A DNA stretch of 64,000 nucleotides from the human T2T-CHM13v2.0 reference genome, Homo sapiens (GCF_009914755.1 NC_060933.1), one strand, 5' to 3'; counted from the stretch's first letter, positions 25,170-42,679 are shown. Notes: generated by a model from the sequence alone, not told the origin. Made by a program: numbers and translations.

Positions 25170-25430
25170 CAGGCATAGCATGGCAGTTAAAATCATGGGC
25201 TCTGGAGCCTTAGGGTCTAGGTCTGTATCCTGGCTCTGTCACTTCCTAAGTGTAACCTTGAGCAACGTCTTTATACTCACTGACTCAATTTCTTCATCTG
25301 GAAAGTGGTGCTAATAACAGCACCTGACTCAGAAAGTTCTCATGGAGATTAAATGCAATCATTCATAAAAAATGTTTATAATTGTGGCTGGCATGTAGCA
25401 GGCACTCAATATTTGTTAGCTATTATTATT
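25170..25430 (+). mobile_element. MIR, near full length
   Basis: gcatagcatggcagttaa...ggctctggagc...gtaaccttgagcaa...gcactcaatatttgttagctattatt. Confidence 0.85.
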
Positions 25431-27021
25431 GAGAGAATAATACATACAACAAAAGCCAACTTATGTTTACAGTGGGAGAGACTCCTTTTCAGGGACCAGG
25501 ATGCTCACAAACCCTTTGTAGAGCAGCTCTCTGAATGTCTCAGTGTCAAATAGGGAAGCTAGATTAGCCATCTGGAAAGTACTTGGGGTGCCTGGATTCA
25601 GAGCAAGGGAGATGGCTTGTGATGAATATTTCACGTGGGCAACAGAGAGAGACGCCTGATGGGCTCTCCCTGGCCCACAGCAAGATGCCTGCCATTGAGT
25701 TTGCCCCGTCCCGTAGATCTGGTGTCTTGCCAATTCTGCCTCTCAGATTCATTTCAGTTCTACTTCTTATTCTGTACACAAGTTTTCTTTGAACATGTAA
25801 ACACCATTTAGTTTTAGACATAGAATACAGCCAAACCTTCCTTGCTCTGCCCTGTTTGGCCTATAAAATACTGTCTTTTGTGCCTTTTGCTCCTCTCTAA
25901 ACTCTTCCATTACGTGCTGATTTTATCTTTAAGTCTCAGGGATTTGGGAGTACCTTGCAAGTGTCTCTCAGCATGGAGATGGCCAGTGTTTCCCTCCCTA
26001 CCTCCCTGGAACAGCCCATGGAACTCACAGCCATTTAGACCAAATGGCACAAAATTCCTCCCTCTAAATTCACTTAGCTGGATGCCTGTTTCACTGCTCC
26101 AAGTGTAGATGAAAGTAGCTTAGGAGGGGAGGATTGCAGGGAGGAGATTATAGGAATGTCACCAAAATGTCACATACCTAACACTTTGAAGTATTAATTA
26201 CTTTGTGTTCAGGAATAAACAGGGCTAGGTAAAGGAGAGTCTCTGATGTGTGCAGACATAAGCACAGAGATTGGAGAATCATCTTGGCTGTTAAATTCAG
26301 CACTCAGCCATCTTGCTCAGAAATCTTCCAAATCCGAATGGCCTAGGCAAACTTTTGAAGGAAAGGAAGTAGTTTCCAGGTAAATTGCTTCAGTCTGGAT
26401 CCGTGGAGTTTAGCTGTACTTACCAATGCAGATAAGGGCCTCTCCAGGTATGGAGCATTGGTGAGGTCATCGACAAAAGGGAAACATTTTTGGTTGTTAT
26501 TGATTTTATAAGATCACAAAAGAGATACTGTAAGGCCTGCCTGACATCATCAATGGGAAATGAGAATAAGATGAGGGCTGAGGGATGAGTGTATCTTTCA
26601 TTGAAAGGAGAGAACACAGATGAGCTCATCTGACATTTTCACAGGAAGGGAGAGACAGAAAATATTTCTCCTTTCCTAGCATGTTTTTTTTGCTCTTTAT
26701 GAGTTGAATAACTGATACACATTGTGTCTAATAAAGAGATCACAGAAACCTCACTGGGAAAATAAAAATAAAAGGCAATCATTTTTTAAAATTCTTCTTC
26801 CTCTGTCCCTCCCCATCATGATTTAGTAGCTACAATAAAAGACAAGTGATTGTGTAAGCTTATCATAATGTAAGTCACTTCAAATTAGCATTTCTGAATT
26901 TTTCACCCAGCAGTTCTGTTAACAAAGGAGAGTTTTGCTTCATAAAGAGTTAGGCTCACAGAGGACCTAGTCAACAATACAAAGGCTAACAAAGGAAGAT
27001 TTGCTCCCATGCACTAGATCA

Positions 27022-27414
<393 letters not shown>

Positions 27415-28309
27415 TCAATATCTGATAGAATACTGAATAGCTAAGACCCTTAAGTTTTTCTCAGTAAGTACAGATGTAGAGAATGCCCACCAAAGACCCC
27501 AAGCTTTCATAGAACTTACTTAAAACTGATGAGAGTATAGCAGGAGAATCTCACTGAGCTCCCCAGTTGACTAGAGGAAATAAAAAAGAAAGTATAAGTG
27601 GTCCAAGTTGGCACATCTCAGTCTCAAAAAAGCAATTCCAACATCTATTCAATGGAATGCAGGAAGGATGGTGGTTGGACAGGTGGTGGGATATACCACA
27701 TCCTTGGTTAGTGGTTTCTAGAGAGGCCGCAGCATCACGTGGCTGTACTAAGTATGGGGTCCCTTGGCTAGGACTCTGTAGTGGAACATGCGAAGAATTT
27801 GTGGCAGAACCACTTCTGGCCTTATTCTACTTAGACGCCATCAACATCAATTAAATAATTAGAAGAGGTAATGGTAGTAATCTGAGCAACCTGACCCACT
27901 GACATTGGCAAAAAAATATCTGAATATTGAAAGAGAATGGTAATGGAAACAAGGATATGAGAAGGAAGGCATGCAGCCTGGGAATGTCTGGGAAAAGGCA
28001 GTCTAAGCCCTACCTACTTCCTCAAGTGCTAAGGGCCCTGTAATATTTATGCTGAAGGCGTGCCAACTAAACAGAATTTCAAGGGCACAAAAATTCTAAT
28101 TCCTTCTCATCTTTTATGCAAGGCAATTAATTAGTAGTCACAATGTTGACCCTAAAAAACAAAGACAGGCAAAATCAGGTTAAAACTATTTTTTCAGCTT
28201 TATTGAGATATAATGTACATATCACAAAATTCTTTGCGAATGTGCAATTTAGAGATTTATTTAGCAAACTTATATAGTTATGTAACCATTACTATAAAGT
28301 TCTTTACCT

Positions 28310-28822
28310 TTTTTGAACTTTTAGGTTCAGGGGTTGAATCTCCAGGTTTTTTATACAGGTAAACTCATGTCACAGGGATTTGTTGTACAGATTATTTCAT
28401 CACCCAGGTACTCAGCCTAGTACCCAATAGCTATTTTTTCAGCTCCGCTCTCTCCTCCCACTCTCCACCCTCAAGTAAGCCCCAGGGTCTGTTGTTCCCC
28501 CTTCTTTGTGTTCATGAATTCTCATCATTTAGTTCCCACTTATAAGTGAGCACATGCAGTACTTGGTTTTCTGTTCCTGTATTAGTTTGCCTCCAGCTCC
28601 ATCCATGTTCCTGCAAAAGACATGATCTTGTTCCTTTTTATGGCTGCATAGTATTCCATGATGTATATATACCATGTTTTCTTTAGCCAGTCTGTCATGG
28701 ATTGGCATTTAGGTTGGCTCCATGTCTTTGCTATTGTGAAGAGTGCTGCAGTGAACATTTGTGTGTGTGTGCCTTTATGATAGAATGATTTTATATTCCT
28801 CTGGGTATATACCTAATAATGG
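28310..28822 (-). mobile_element. L1PA (older, PA13-16-like) 3' fragment
   Basis: ttgtacagattatttcatcacccaggtactcagcctagtacccaatag. TSD gttctttaccttt / gttctttactttt followed by aa, an L1 endonuclease site. Confidence 0.85.
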
Positions 28823-28924
28823 GTTCTTTACTTTTAACAGCTTTATCAAGGCATAATTAACATACCATAAAACTCACCCACTTAAAGTATACAATTCAAC
28901 AGCTTTTCATATATTCAGAGTTGT

Positions 28925-29215
28925 GGCCGGGCACAGTGACTCATGCCTGTAATCCCAGCACTTTGGGAGCCTGAGGTGGAAGAATCGCTTGATCCCCAGG
29001 AATTCAAGACCAGCCTGGGCAACAGAGAGAAATCCCATCTCTACAAAAATAAAAATCAACACAGGTGTGGTGGCACATACCTGTGGTCCCAGCTACATGG
29101 GAGGCTGAGGCAGGAGGATAGCTTGAGCCTAGGAGGTTGAGGCTGCAGTGAGCCAATACCACTGCACTCCAGCCTGAGTGCCAGAGTAAGACCCTGTCTC
29201 CAAAAACAAAAAAAA
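28925..29215 (+). mobile_element. AluJ-like
   Basis: Full dimer with ggaggatagcttgagcctaggaggttgaggctgcagtgag. TSD core gagttgtg. Confidence 0.93.
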
Positions 29216-29976
29216 CAGGAGTTGTGCATCCACCACCACACTCAATTTTAGAACATTTTTATTATCCCTAAAATAAACTCCACACTCTTAGCTACTACTC
29301 CCTAATCCTCCCATTTCTTTCAGCTCTATGCAACCACTAATATACTTTAAATCTCCATAAATCTACCTAATCTTGATATTTTATATAATTAGAATCATAC
29401 AGTATATGGTTCTTTATTTCTTCTTTCACTTAGCATAAAGTTTTCAAGATTTATCCATGTCGTAGCATTATTCTTGTTTATGGTAGAATAATATTCCATT
29501 GTATAGAATAGACCACATTTTATTTCTCCATTCATCAGGTGATGGGCATTTGGGATGTTTCTACTTTTTGGCTATTATGAATAAAGCTGCTATGAAGATT
29601 CACGTACATGTTTTTATGTGGACATATTTTTTATTTCTCTTGGTTATACACACCTAGGAGTGAAATTTCTGGGTTGTTTGGCGCATTTATGTTTACTATT
29701 GAAGAAAGTGCCAACTATGTTTCAAAGAGACTGCACCACTTTACATTTCCACCAGCAATGTAGGATAGTTCAGTTTCTCCATATTCTCACCAACAGTTGT
29801 TTTCATCTATCATTTTAATTACAGCCAGCCTCATGAGCGTGAAGTAGTACTTTATTGTGATTTAAATTACATTTTAATATTGACTAATGATGTCAGGCAT
29901 CTTATGTGTTTATGAGTCATTTACGTGTCTTCTTTGTTGTGGTGACAACTTTGGTGATGTAGAAGGTGTATATGGC

Positions 29977-30490
29977 CTGCGTATTTGCTTTTGCTGCCAT
30001 AACAAATAACCACATACTTAGAGACTTAAAGCAATACAAATACCTTACAGTTCTGTAGGTCAGAAGTCTAATACAGTCTCATCAAGATGTCAACAGGCTT
30101 TATCCCTTTCCGAAGGCTCTAAAAGAGAATCCTTTTCCTCTCCATTTGAGTTGTTGGCAGAATTTAGTTCTGTGAAACTTAGGTCTATGGTCTGTGTTTT
30201 CTTGCTGGCTATAATCTGAGTGCCATTTCCAGCTTCTAGAAGCCACTGAATTCCTTGGCTCATGGTTTCCTTCCTCCATCTTCACAACCAGCAATGGAGG
30301 GCTGAGTTTTCATGTTGCCCAACTCTGATATTAAGAGCTCACATGATTAGACTGGGCCTACCTTGATAACTTAGAATAATCTCCCCATTTTAGGTTCAGC
30401 TGATTAGCAATGTTAATTCTTCCTTAGCCATGTCACAGGTTCCAGGGATTATGACATAAACATCTTGGAAGGTCATTATTCCGCCCACCT
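29977..30490 (-). mobile_element. MLT1-type (MaLR) solo LTR
   Basis: gctgccataacaaataaccaca...cttacagttctgtaggtcagaagtc...attccttggctcatgg...gattagactgggccta. Confidence 0.85.
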
Positions 30491-33084
30491 GTCTGAAGGG
30501 CACAGCTCATTTTCATCTGACTGCTATCCCCCAAAAATAAAAATTTAATGTTGCTAGACTTTCTCACGATTTTAGAGACACCAAACCAAAAAATGTTTAA
30601 AAACAACACTTTTTTTTAACTCACCATTTTTAACTGAACTAATTCAAATTTTTAAAAATCCTTTTTTGGGTAAACATGTCTGTGCTCTGAATATAGCCTT
30701 GAGGCTACCAATACCCCCTGGTTTGTATTTCATTTTCTATATTATCTGCTCATATATTACACCTCACTTTCCAGATAGAGTCAGAGTGTTATTCAAAGGG
30801 TAATCACAATTTATTTGATTAGATTATTCCAACAAAAACAATGTAATAATTTGGATGGAAGGGGAACAATTATTTTTTACTATTACTAAGAAGCCTACTG
30901 TAATAATAGAATAAGTAAGATTCTAGGGAAAGTTTTTGCTTCATTGCCAAATTTAGAAGCAGAATAGGACTATGAACCTCTTTCCCGTTATAAACAGAGG
31001 GATTTAAATAGCTGCTCTCTTGGGTCTCTTTTAGACCCAAGAGTTCTATGAATCTCTTGCACATATAATAATGAATGATAGCATTCTCTACCATGACTAT
31101 CAACTATTAACTCCCTTTACCTGAAATTCTGACGTTGAAAATTGACTCTGTTGTATTTTGGGGAATGGAAGACTAGATGGCAAAGAAGTAGTACAGCTTT
31201 TGTGATGAAGTCTTGCAAGAATAACAAATGAAAGGAAAATGTCTCAGAGAACTGGTGAAGACAAAGGGTACAGGGTAAATAGAGCTGACTATTGGTCAAA
31301 TGCTGACTCAGGAGGCTGGAAATAGATGTAAAGGAGGCCTTGCAAGAAGTTCAGCAGGGAGTTAAAAACTCCTGCACTATAAAATGCAAAAGACATTGGG
31401 AAGGAAAACTAGACTAAGAAAAGATCTTGCATGTTAATATAACTATTATTTGTAACAAAGCAACTCTTATGGGAATTGTCAGGTAGTGAGATCCAGAAAA
31501 GCTTCTGGCCAGCAAGGAATAGTAATGGAACATTAATATTCAGAATCCATTATTACTAATATCAGATGGATAAGATATTGTTGGTATTTATAAGGGTTTT
31601 CCTAGCTCATGCTGATTTTAGTCCCTCAAAGTTTATTTGACTCATGAGTCTTAAATTCTTCAACTGGAAATTTTCATTTCAGAGAAAATTTGAAGATTTA
31701 ATTCCAGTGATCCTTGTGAGAAACCTGTGACAATTCTAGTATAAGCAGAGTCTAGCATTTCTTAAGACGTTTCTTTGATATACTCACTCTTTGTAAGGTA
31801 TTGTTCATTGATTAAATCTGGATTAAATACAATTTGCTCAGTTTAGGGTGTTAAAAATGTGTTAAATTTATAATACTTCATTGCTTTAAACTAAAATATT
31901 ACCTTATACTGTACTCAAATATTGCTGTATACTCAAATATTTTAATTAGTAGACATCACTGTCTTTTTTGTGTTTTAAACTGATATTTGGATCTTCCATG
32001 GATATCACAACTGTTTTCTTGAACTCTAATGGGGGTCACCCAGGGAGTCAATCTGGCATATGTTGTTTCCTAGCATTTCTAGAAGTGGGTACTTTTTGGA
32101 ATCTTCAACAAGGCCAGCCATGGTGTGACTTTTAAGCTCTCCGCATCTGTCCAGATATTGTTACCAGTTTACAAAGAATCTGTTGTATTTAAATTATTTC
32201 TTCTAATTACACTGGAATTCTCAGAGTTGTTCAAAATAGAAGCAGTTTAGTTCTTTCTAACAAATGTATTACCTCTCCTCTTACCTGTCTTCCTCTTTCT
32301 TTTCTTTAACGTTTTGCTTTCTGTGTTTTCTGTATTCATCAGAAGGTCCCAGCACTGCTCCTCACAGAGTTTTGCCATTGTGTTATAGCAGAGATAGTGC
32401 TGGTGATAGCTAGCGTTTATTCAAACTTCCTGCTGTGCTAAGCCGTTGTTCTTACAGCTTTGCATGCATCCATTTACTTACTCCTCTCAGCCACTGTAGA
32501 AGTAGAAAACTGAGGCACAGAATTTAAATAACTTGCCTAAGGGTACTTAGCTATACTATGCAGAGATGAGCTCGGGACACCTAACCTGTAGACAGCCCTT
32601 TCTCCTGCCCCTGCCCCTGCCCCCTGCAGGCATCACTAGCTCATCGTGTGTTTTTGCTCTTCAGCCCTTATGAATGTAACTCGGAATCCGTATCTGCACA
32701 GTACTCCAGGAAAACTCTGTCAGTCATTAGATTTGGCTTCAGGATCTCAAACCTGTTTGCTGTTCGTGGGCCCTTTCTGAAGCTCTCATGAAATCTCCAA
32801 ACCTGCCAAATCTGCCCAGCCTGCGGTCCTTGTGTCTGTTGTTGCCCCGTTTCCATTTATCTTCCACAAGTCTCTCTTCACCCTGAGAATGAATACACAT
32901 GCACACCTCCTAGCCTAAACTGCCTTAGCCAAACAGAGAATCTAAGTCCTTGAAGTACAACTCATTTTTGATGGCAAAGACTAGGGGAAATTATTTTGAA
33001 GTATATTCGTGACTTACAATGTTAAAGGAATGGAAGGAAGACCCATTGGATCCATCCATTCAGGGTCAACAAACGTTCATTAAG

Positions 33085-33375
33085 CCTGGGTTAAATGGCA
33101 CTTACTAACTGTTACAGAAAAACAAACCTATAAATATATGATGGGTAAAATATGATAGTTTATTTCTTGCTCACATAAAGTCTAAAAGAATTGCACAACA
33201 GAGTTTTTGTACTTTGGGCCAAGAAGTGGCACACTTCACGTCTGTTCATGTTCCATCTGCTAGAACTCAGTTCCATGCTCATAGCTAACTGCAAAAAGGC
33301 TGGAAAATTATCTAGCTGTGTGCACAGGAAGAAGAGGAAAAGGGTTTGGCTGATAGCAAGTCACTCTCTGCCATG
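33085..33375 (-). mobile_element. Old MLT1(J/K)-like LTR fragment
   Basis: tttatttcttgctcacataaagtc...gctagaactcag...ctaactgcaaaaaggctggaaaat...ctctgcca. Confidence 0.65.
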
Positions 33376-34292
33376 GCTTCTAAAATGGAAGGCGGCATGG
33401 CAGTTTAAACAAAGTTTCTATTAGCAGAGGCCTGGGATTCAGCCCTGAGTAAACAGTGCTTACAATGCTCTCTACTCTTGGCTTCATTCAAAAAACAAAC
33501 TTTCCATCTCCTCTGGCTTCTCTCTCAATCACCTTTATATTAGGCCAAAGATATTTTTCAAACACATATGTTCAGATTTTTTCCCACTGAATTTTGATTT
33601 TACCCCAAATCACATAGGAGAGAGACCTGAGCCAGAGCCCAGACTATGTGCAAGAATGGATTTCTGAGCATTGCTCCAGGGGTTACTCATCTGTCCCTGC
33701 CTGTCTCTCCAGAGGTCCTCATCCTTCAGGATCAAAATGGTGCCTGGTTGGCTGAACACTTCTGTTTTAAAGGCATCACAAGGCCATGCTCCTTCCTTAA
33801 TGGCCTTCACATCCTTGGATGCTGACGTACGAGTTTTAGCCATATGTCAGGCTCTCCTGTTGTGTAAGAGCTGCCCTCGTTTACTGTGAGGCTCTATTTC
33901 CCCTGTTACATTACTTCTAACAGGAACTATAATCCAAAAGCTGTACTGTGGGTACAATGAGGTCTGAAGGAACCGTGCAAAAATGATTCTTGTAATGCTT
34001 CTGTTTCTGTGTCTGACTATCTTGGAGGGGCTTCACTTCTCATATTGGGCCTGATAAATTGAAACGCTTGCCTTTATTTCGGTTTCCTTATTTTTTCTTC
34101 AATTTATACAGATACAAAACTTGGCATATTCTCCTTCTGTTTGTATGGCTCTCATTCAGCTATAACACAAACAAATTTACAGATTAAATGAAAGAATGTA
34201 AACCCTATCAATTTCTATAAATTAACACTATTCTGTGAGCTGATGCTGACTTGCTAAAACTAAATGGCTGTTCACAAAGCATACATAGTACA

Positions 34293-34598
34293 GGCCGGGC
34301 GCGGTAGCTCACGCCTGAAATCCCAGCACTCTGGGAGGCCGAGGCGGGCGGATCACGAGGTCAGGAGATCGAGACCATCCTGGCTAACACGGTGAAACCC
34401 CGTCTCTACTAAAAAATACAAAAAATTAGCCGGGCGCAGTGGCAGGCGCCTGTAGTCCCAGCTAGTCGGGAGCCTGAGGCGGGAGAACCGGCGTGAACCC
34501 GGGAGGCGGAGCTTGCAGTGAGCCGAGATCGCACCACTGCACTCCAGCCAGGGCGACAGAGCGAGACTCTGTCTCAAAAAAAAAAAAACAAAAAAAAA
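34293..34598 (+). mobile_element. AluY
   Basis: Y diagnostics (accatcctggctaacacggtg, ggcgtgaacccgggaggcggagcttgcag) and most CpGs intact. Perfect 18-bp TSD acaaagcatacatagtac at 34274-34291 and 34599-34616. Confidence 0.97.
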
Positions 34599-35919
34599 AC
34601 AAAGCATACATAGTACTGACTGCTGAGGCGCGGCGCATTCAGTGGAGGGCTCAGTAATGCTGACTTAGCTCTCAGCACCTTTTTCTGTTTTTCCTATTCT
34701 GAAAGCCCTTTTGGTACAGCGTGCCATGGCTTTTGTTATCTTAACACAAATGTATAATTTATCATTTCACTCCTTCTCTGCATCTATGTTTTTTTCTCCT
34801 TAGTTAACTTCTATGGTTAAACTAGTACTAGTTAATATCAATGTGATTGTAATCGTGTCCACAAACATAGGTACTGGCAATCACGTGGCAGTCATCACAC
34901 AGCAGTAATCTATTAGTAGGTGATCAACCAGGTGATCTAAAGTAGGCTTATGTTGATTTTTTTTAAGTTGGCCACTAAAATAACAGCTCCAGCTTGAAAA
35001 ATTGTAATAGAGATCTAGTGGTGTCTCAAAAGATAATCTCTCACCAGGAAGAAGAGGAACCAGTTAAAGAAAAACTAAAAGAGTACAATGTATTGAATAT
35101 CAAACCTGCCTCCATAACAGAATCACCTAGGAACTTGTTTAAAATAGAGATTACAGCTTGTACCCTGTCACCTGAGATTCAGATTTAGTAGTTCTGAAGT
35201 GGGACTCAAAATATATGCTAACGTTTTTCTAATAGGTGTAAGAGGGTCAATTGATTAAGCAACATTATTTTCATTAAAATCTCTATTGATTATAAATACT
35301 TGGATAACTTTGTGCTTTGTCTTAACAATGGATCATGAAAGTAATAAGAATGTATAAGAAGTAGCCTGTGCTAACAACAGTGATCCTCCTGACAAGAAAA
35401 AAAGGCCATTACTTTCCAGCAAAAACTCAATATAATTAATTAAGGGCTGGATTTCATTCAGTGACATTTGAATTTTATAGCTATACACTTGCAGCTATAA
35501 AAAACCACCTTTATTATTAAAATTCCTGTAGGAAAAATAACTTGGTAATTGTGACTCTAAAGCTCTCTGGTCCCTAACCTCATTTTCCCCACTGGCACAG
35601 TTGTTTTTATAACACAGTAGAGCAACTCTTGTATTATAGCAGGACAGATTATATTTTAAACAAGTGCCCTGGGAATTCTGAGGCAGCCAGTCCACAGACA
35701 AAGATTTGGGACTACCTATCACAAGCACCAGACTTTAGGTCAAAGATCTGGGCTCCAGTTCAGCCCTATAACTTGCTAGTTCTGTTGCCTTGGACAAACC
35801 ATGGGGCCTTTCTGAGTCTGAGTTCTTTGTGTATGTAAAAGATAGTACTGTTGTTTCTGCCTCTCAGGGTTGTTATCCAAAAAATCCAGATAATGCACAT
35901 AGCACACCATATAAACACA

Positions 35920-37000
<1,081 letters not shown>

Positions 37001-37694
37001 AGTAGGGAGGTGAGGTCATGTATACCAGTGCTAATTCAGTATCATTCCAACTGCTTCCTCCCATTGTGGCCATACATTTACTATGCTCAACAATCATTAT
37101 AGTACTAAATCACTCATCAGATGATACATAATCTCAAATGTATGGAATATAAGTTGTATAAGGAAAAAGGCCCCTGAACAGTCAAAATAGAGCCTATGCA
37201 TGCATTCCAAGGTGAGCTTCTCAGAACATTATTCAAGTTTCTGCCCTTGAACACAGTTCTGATGAGCTTAATTACCTATGCCTAGAAGGCAAATAAAATG
37301 GCAAAGAAGAAAGAGGGATAGCTTCTATTATGAGGCTGTGGGACGGTACAAACAGGAATACAGGATAAATAGATGTGGGAGAAAACAAAAAATATAAAAA
37401 GCAAGTATAAGACTCCAAAGGGCATTTCTGAATTAAGGTTTTCTTCACATTTAATGAAAGCAGAGAAGAGTGAATATCACTGTAGAATATCCTGCCTGTA
37501 ACATGGTTAAAACAAAATTAAATCCACTTAACTTACAGAAGGTTAAGCTTGGGTTATATGAATATGATCTCATGGGGACCCTACTTCCCCAAGGTGTTCA
37601 ATGAATGAGTCTTTTCATTGTATTTTGTAGTCATGTGCATGAAGTTCTGTATTTTATTCCCAGCTGATAAAGGCCTATTAAAACACAATGTACA

Positions 37695-39491
37695 CAGGAC
37701 TTCGACTTCTGGAAAGATGGCATAGTTACACTTTTCCCTATTCTTACTGCTAAGTACCACTAAAGGCCCTGTACATTATATATAAAACACACATAAGGAG
37801 AATAAAAAGTAAAGGGAAGAAAGCCAACTGACCAAAGACCTTGGAAATCAAACTGTAAATTTGTTGGGTTTTCTTTTTGCCTCATAAATCACAAACTTGG
37901 AGTTCAAGAAGCTGGCTACTGGTAAACACCAATGAGTACCAAAAAAAAAAAAAAAAAAAAAAAAAAAACACCAGCTAAAAACCTTCTCTCTCTAACAAAA
38001 GGACTAGGAAAGGGGAAGCATAGCAAGACAGAAAACCTTTAGAAAATTCTACTCTATGCTAGCCAAATGCCACCGAAAACAGTGTGTCCACCACTACCTA
38101 CACCAGCAAAGGCTGAGCAGGGAGCCTAGATTCCCCACCAGCCAGCCTCAAATGAGGTGCCCCCCAACCCTCATGGAGGGGAGTATCAGAGATTTTCAGT
38201 CCTCGTTCATTACACCTACCAGAGTGTAATGTGGAGACCACATGGGGAGCCTGGAGTTCCACCTTCACCCTGCCGTGCCCACCTTTCCCTCCCCACTGGG
38301 GTGGTGTAGAGGAGGTCTCCTGGAGAGTGAGGACTTGTACCACCTGCCCAAGGTGAGGAGGCTCCTCCCACAGCTGTGTAGTGGGGACTATGTGGGGATC
38401 CAGAACTCCCACTCCTGCCCAGCAGTAATGAGGAGTCCCACACTTGGGTAACAAAAGAGGCCAAGTGGAGAACTTGGACTTAACCTGCACTGGGTAGTAA
38501 CAAGGAGGCATCTCCCTGCTCCCAAGCCTGAGTGGTTTTATAGAAAGCAGCTAAAACAGAAGGTTTACATAAGATCCAGAGTCTCATAACTAAAAAAATA
38601 TACAGGCTTCAATTGAAACCTAGACATCATGAAAAAACCCACCTTCATCACCCTTATTCATTGTAGTGCTAGAACTTCTACCCAGTGCAGTAATGGAAGA
38701 AAAGGAAATAAAAGGCATAGAGACTGGAAACAAAGAAATACAACTTGTCCCTATTTGCAGATGAAATGATTGTCTTTATAGACAATCAAAAGAAAACCAA
38801 AATAATTAGGTTAATGTAACAAAATATAACAGGACTTGTATCTCAGAAACAACAAAACTCTGATGAAAGAAATTAAAGAAGATCTAAATTAAAGAAGATA
38901 AATAGACATATTTATCATGGATTGGAAAACACAACAAAGTCAAGATGTCATTTCTTTCCTAATATACATGTTTAATCTAATTCCTGTCATAATCTTACTA
39001 ATATTTTATACATGTAGAGAAGATTATTCTAAAATGTATATGAAAAAGCAAAGGAACTAGAATAGCAAAGAGGCAGGAGTAATCAGCCAACCTAATTTCA
39101 GAATTAGTTATATAGCTACAATAAATAATATTGTGTGATATTGGTAGAGGGACAGACACATAGATCAGTGGAACAGAATAGAGAACTCAGAAACAGATCT
39201 ACACAACTGTGCCCAGCTAATTTTGACAAAAGTGCAAAAGCAATTCAATGTAGGAAATATAACCAATAAGTGGTGAGAGAGCAATTAGACATCCATAGTC
39301 AAAAAATAAATGGGCTTTGACCTCTTATCTAAATGTGACCTCTCACATCTTACATAAAAATTAACTCAAAATATATCACAGACTTAAAGGTAAAATGTAA
39401 AACTATAAAACATTTAGAAAAAAATAGGAAAAATCATCAGGACCTAGATCTAAGTAAATAGTTCTTAAACTTGCTATCAAAAGCATAATCC
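37695..39491 (+). mobile_element. Old L1M (L1MC-like): 5' region joined to a degenerate ORF2 RT fragment
   Basis: acttctggaaagatggc 5'-end motif. ctatttgcagatgaaatgatt reads LFADEMI, a decayed FADD motif (~38751). gatcagtggaacagaatagag. Contains an A28 run at 37941-37968. Confidence 0.75.
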
Positions 39492-41296
<1,805 letters not shown>

Positions 41297-41481
41297 GTTA
41301 CATCCAACTGAAAAGCTTCTGCACAGCAAAGGAAACAATCAACAGAATAAAAAGACAATCTACAGAATGAGATAAAATATTTGCAAACTCTTTATCTGGC
41401 AAGGGATTAATATTCAGAATACGTAAGGAACTCCGACAACTCAACAACAACAAAAAATAATTTTCAAAAATGGACAAAAGA

Positions 41482-41813
41482 TAAAAAAGAACAGGATCAA
41501 ATTCTTTGTAGGAACATGGATGGAGCTGGAGGCCATTACCCTTAGCAAACTAACGCAAGAACAGAAAACCAAATACTGCATGTTCTCACCTATAACTGGG
41601 AGCTAAATGATGAGAACACGTGGACACAGAGGGAAACAACAGATGCTAGGGCCTGGTGGAGGGCAGGAGGAGGGAGAGGATCAGGAAAAATAACTATCGA
41701 GTACTAGGTTTAATACCTGGCTGATGAAATAATCTGTACAACAAACCCCCATGACACAAGGTTACCTATGTAACAACCCTGCATATGTGCCCCTAACTTA
41801 ATTAGTTAATTAA
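41482..41813 (+). mobile_element. L1PA (older) 3' fragment nested in L1MA
   Basis: ggaacatggatggagctggaggccatt...gggagaggatcaggaaaaataacta...acaacaaacccccatgacac. TSD-like flanks ggacaaaaga / gggcaaaaga. Confidence 0.82.
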
Positions 41814-42330
41814 TAAGGGCAAAAGACCTGAATAGACGTTTCTCAAAAGAATACATACAAATGGCCAACAGGCATATGAAAAAATGCTCAACATCACTAA
41901 TCTTCAGAGAAATGTAAACCAAAACCAAAATGTGATATCACCTTACCTCTATTAGAATGGGTACTATCAAAAAGACAAAAAATAGCAAATACTGGCGCAG
42001 ATGTGGAGAAGAGAGAATTCTTATACATTGTTAATGGGAATGTAAATTAGTATAGCCATTATGGAAAACAGCTTAGATGTTCCTCAAAAAATTAAAACTA
42101 GAACTACCATATGATCCAGCAATCCTACTCCTGGGTATATATGCAAAGGAAATGAAAACAGTAATCAAAGTGATATCTGCACTCCAATATTTACTGCAGC
42201 ACTATTCACAATATCCAAGATATAGAATCAATCCAAGTGTCCATCAACAGATGAATGGATAAAGAAAATATGGTATATATGTACAGTGGAATACTTTTCC
42301 ACCATTAAAAAAAAAAAAGAAAAAGAATGA

Positions 42331-42639
42331 GGGCAGGCGTGGTGGCTCATGCCTGTAATCCCAGCCCTTTGAGAGGCTGAGGTGGGTGGATCGCTTGAGC
42401 CCAGCCAGGAGTTTGAAACTAGCCTGGGCAACACTGGGAAACCCTGTATCTACAAAAAAATACAAAAAATACAAAAAAAAAAAATTCTATCCAGGTGTGA
42501 TGGTATACACCTGTAGTTTCAGCTACCCAGGAGGCTTAGGTGGAAGGATCACTTGAGCTTGGGAGGCAGAGGCTGCAGTGAGCCAACATCACACCACTGC
42601 CCTCCAGCCTGGATGCCAAAGCAAGACCAACCCTGTCTC

Positions 42640-42675
<36 letters not shown>
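42331..42675 (+). mobile_element. AluJ-like, nested in L1
   Basis: ggatcgcttgagccc, an expanded A-rich middle linker and a long A tail. Confidence 0.93.

Positions 42676-42679
<4 letters not shown>

Larger units (their letters stand above)
28228..29940 (-). mobile_element. Old L1M (L1MB-like) 3' fragments hosting younger insertions
   Basis: cagctttattgagatataat (28235) and cagctttatcaaggcataatt (28838) starts, with antisense L1 3' sequence continuing to ~29940. Confidence 0.8.

Noticed and set aside
31638-31650. gactcatgagtc palindrome containing an AP-1 site
   Set aside because: A 12-bp palindrome or single AP-1 heptamer is expected by chance in a window this size.
38098-38511. 137-aa minus-strand ORF in a GC-richer patch
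   Set aside because: It falls within the 5' region of an old L1M element and is not a gene.
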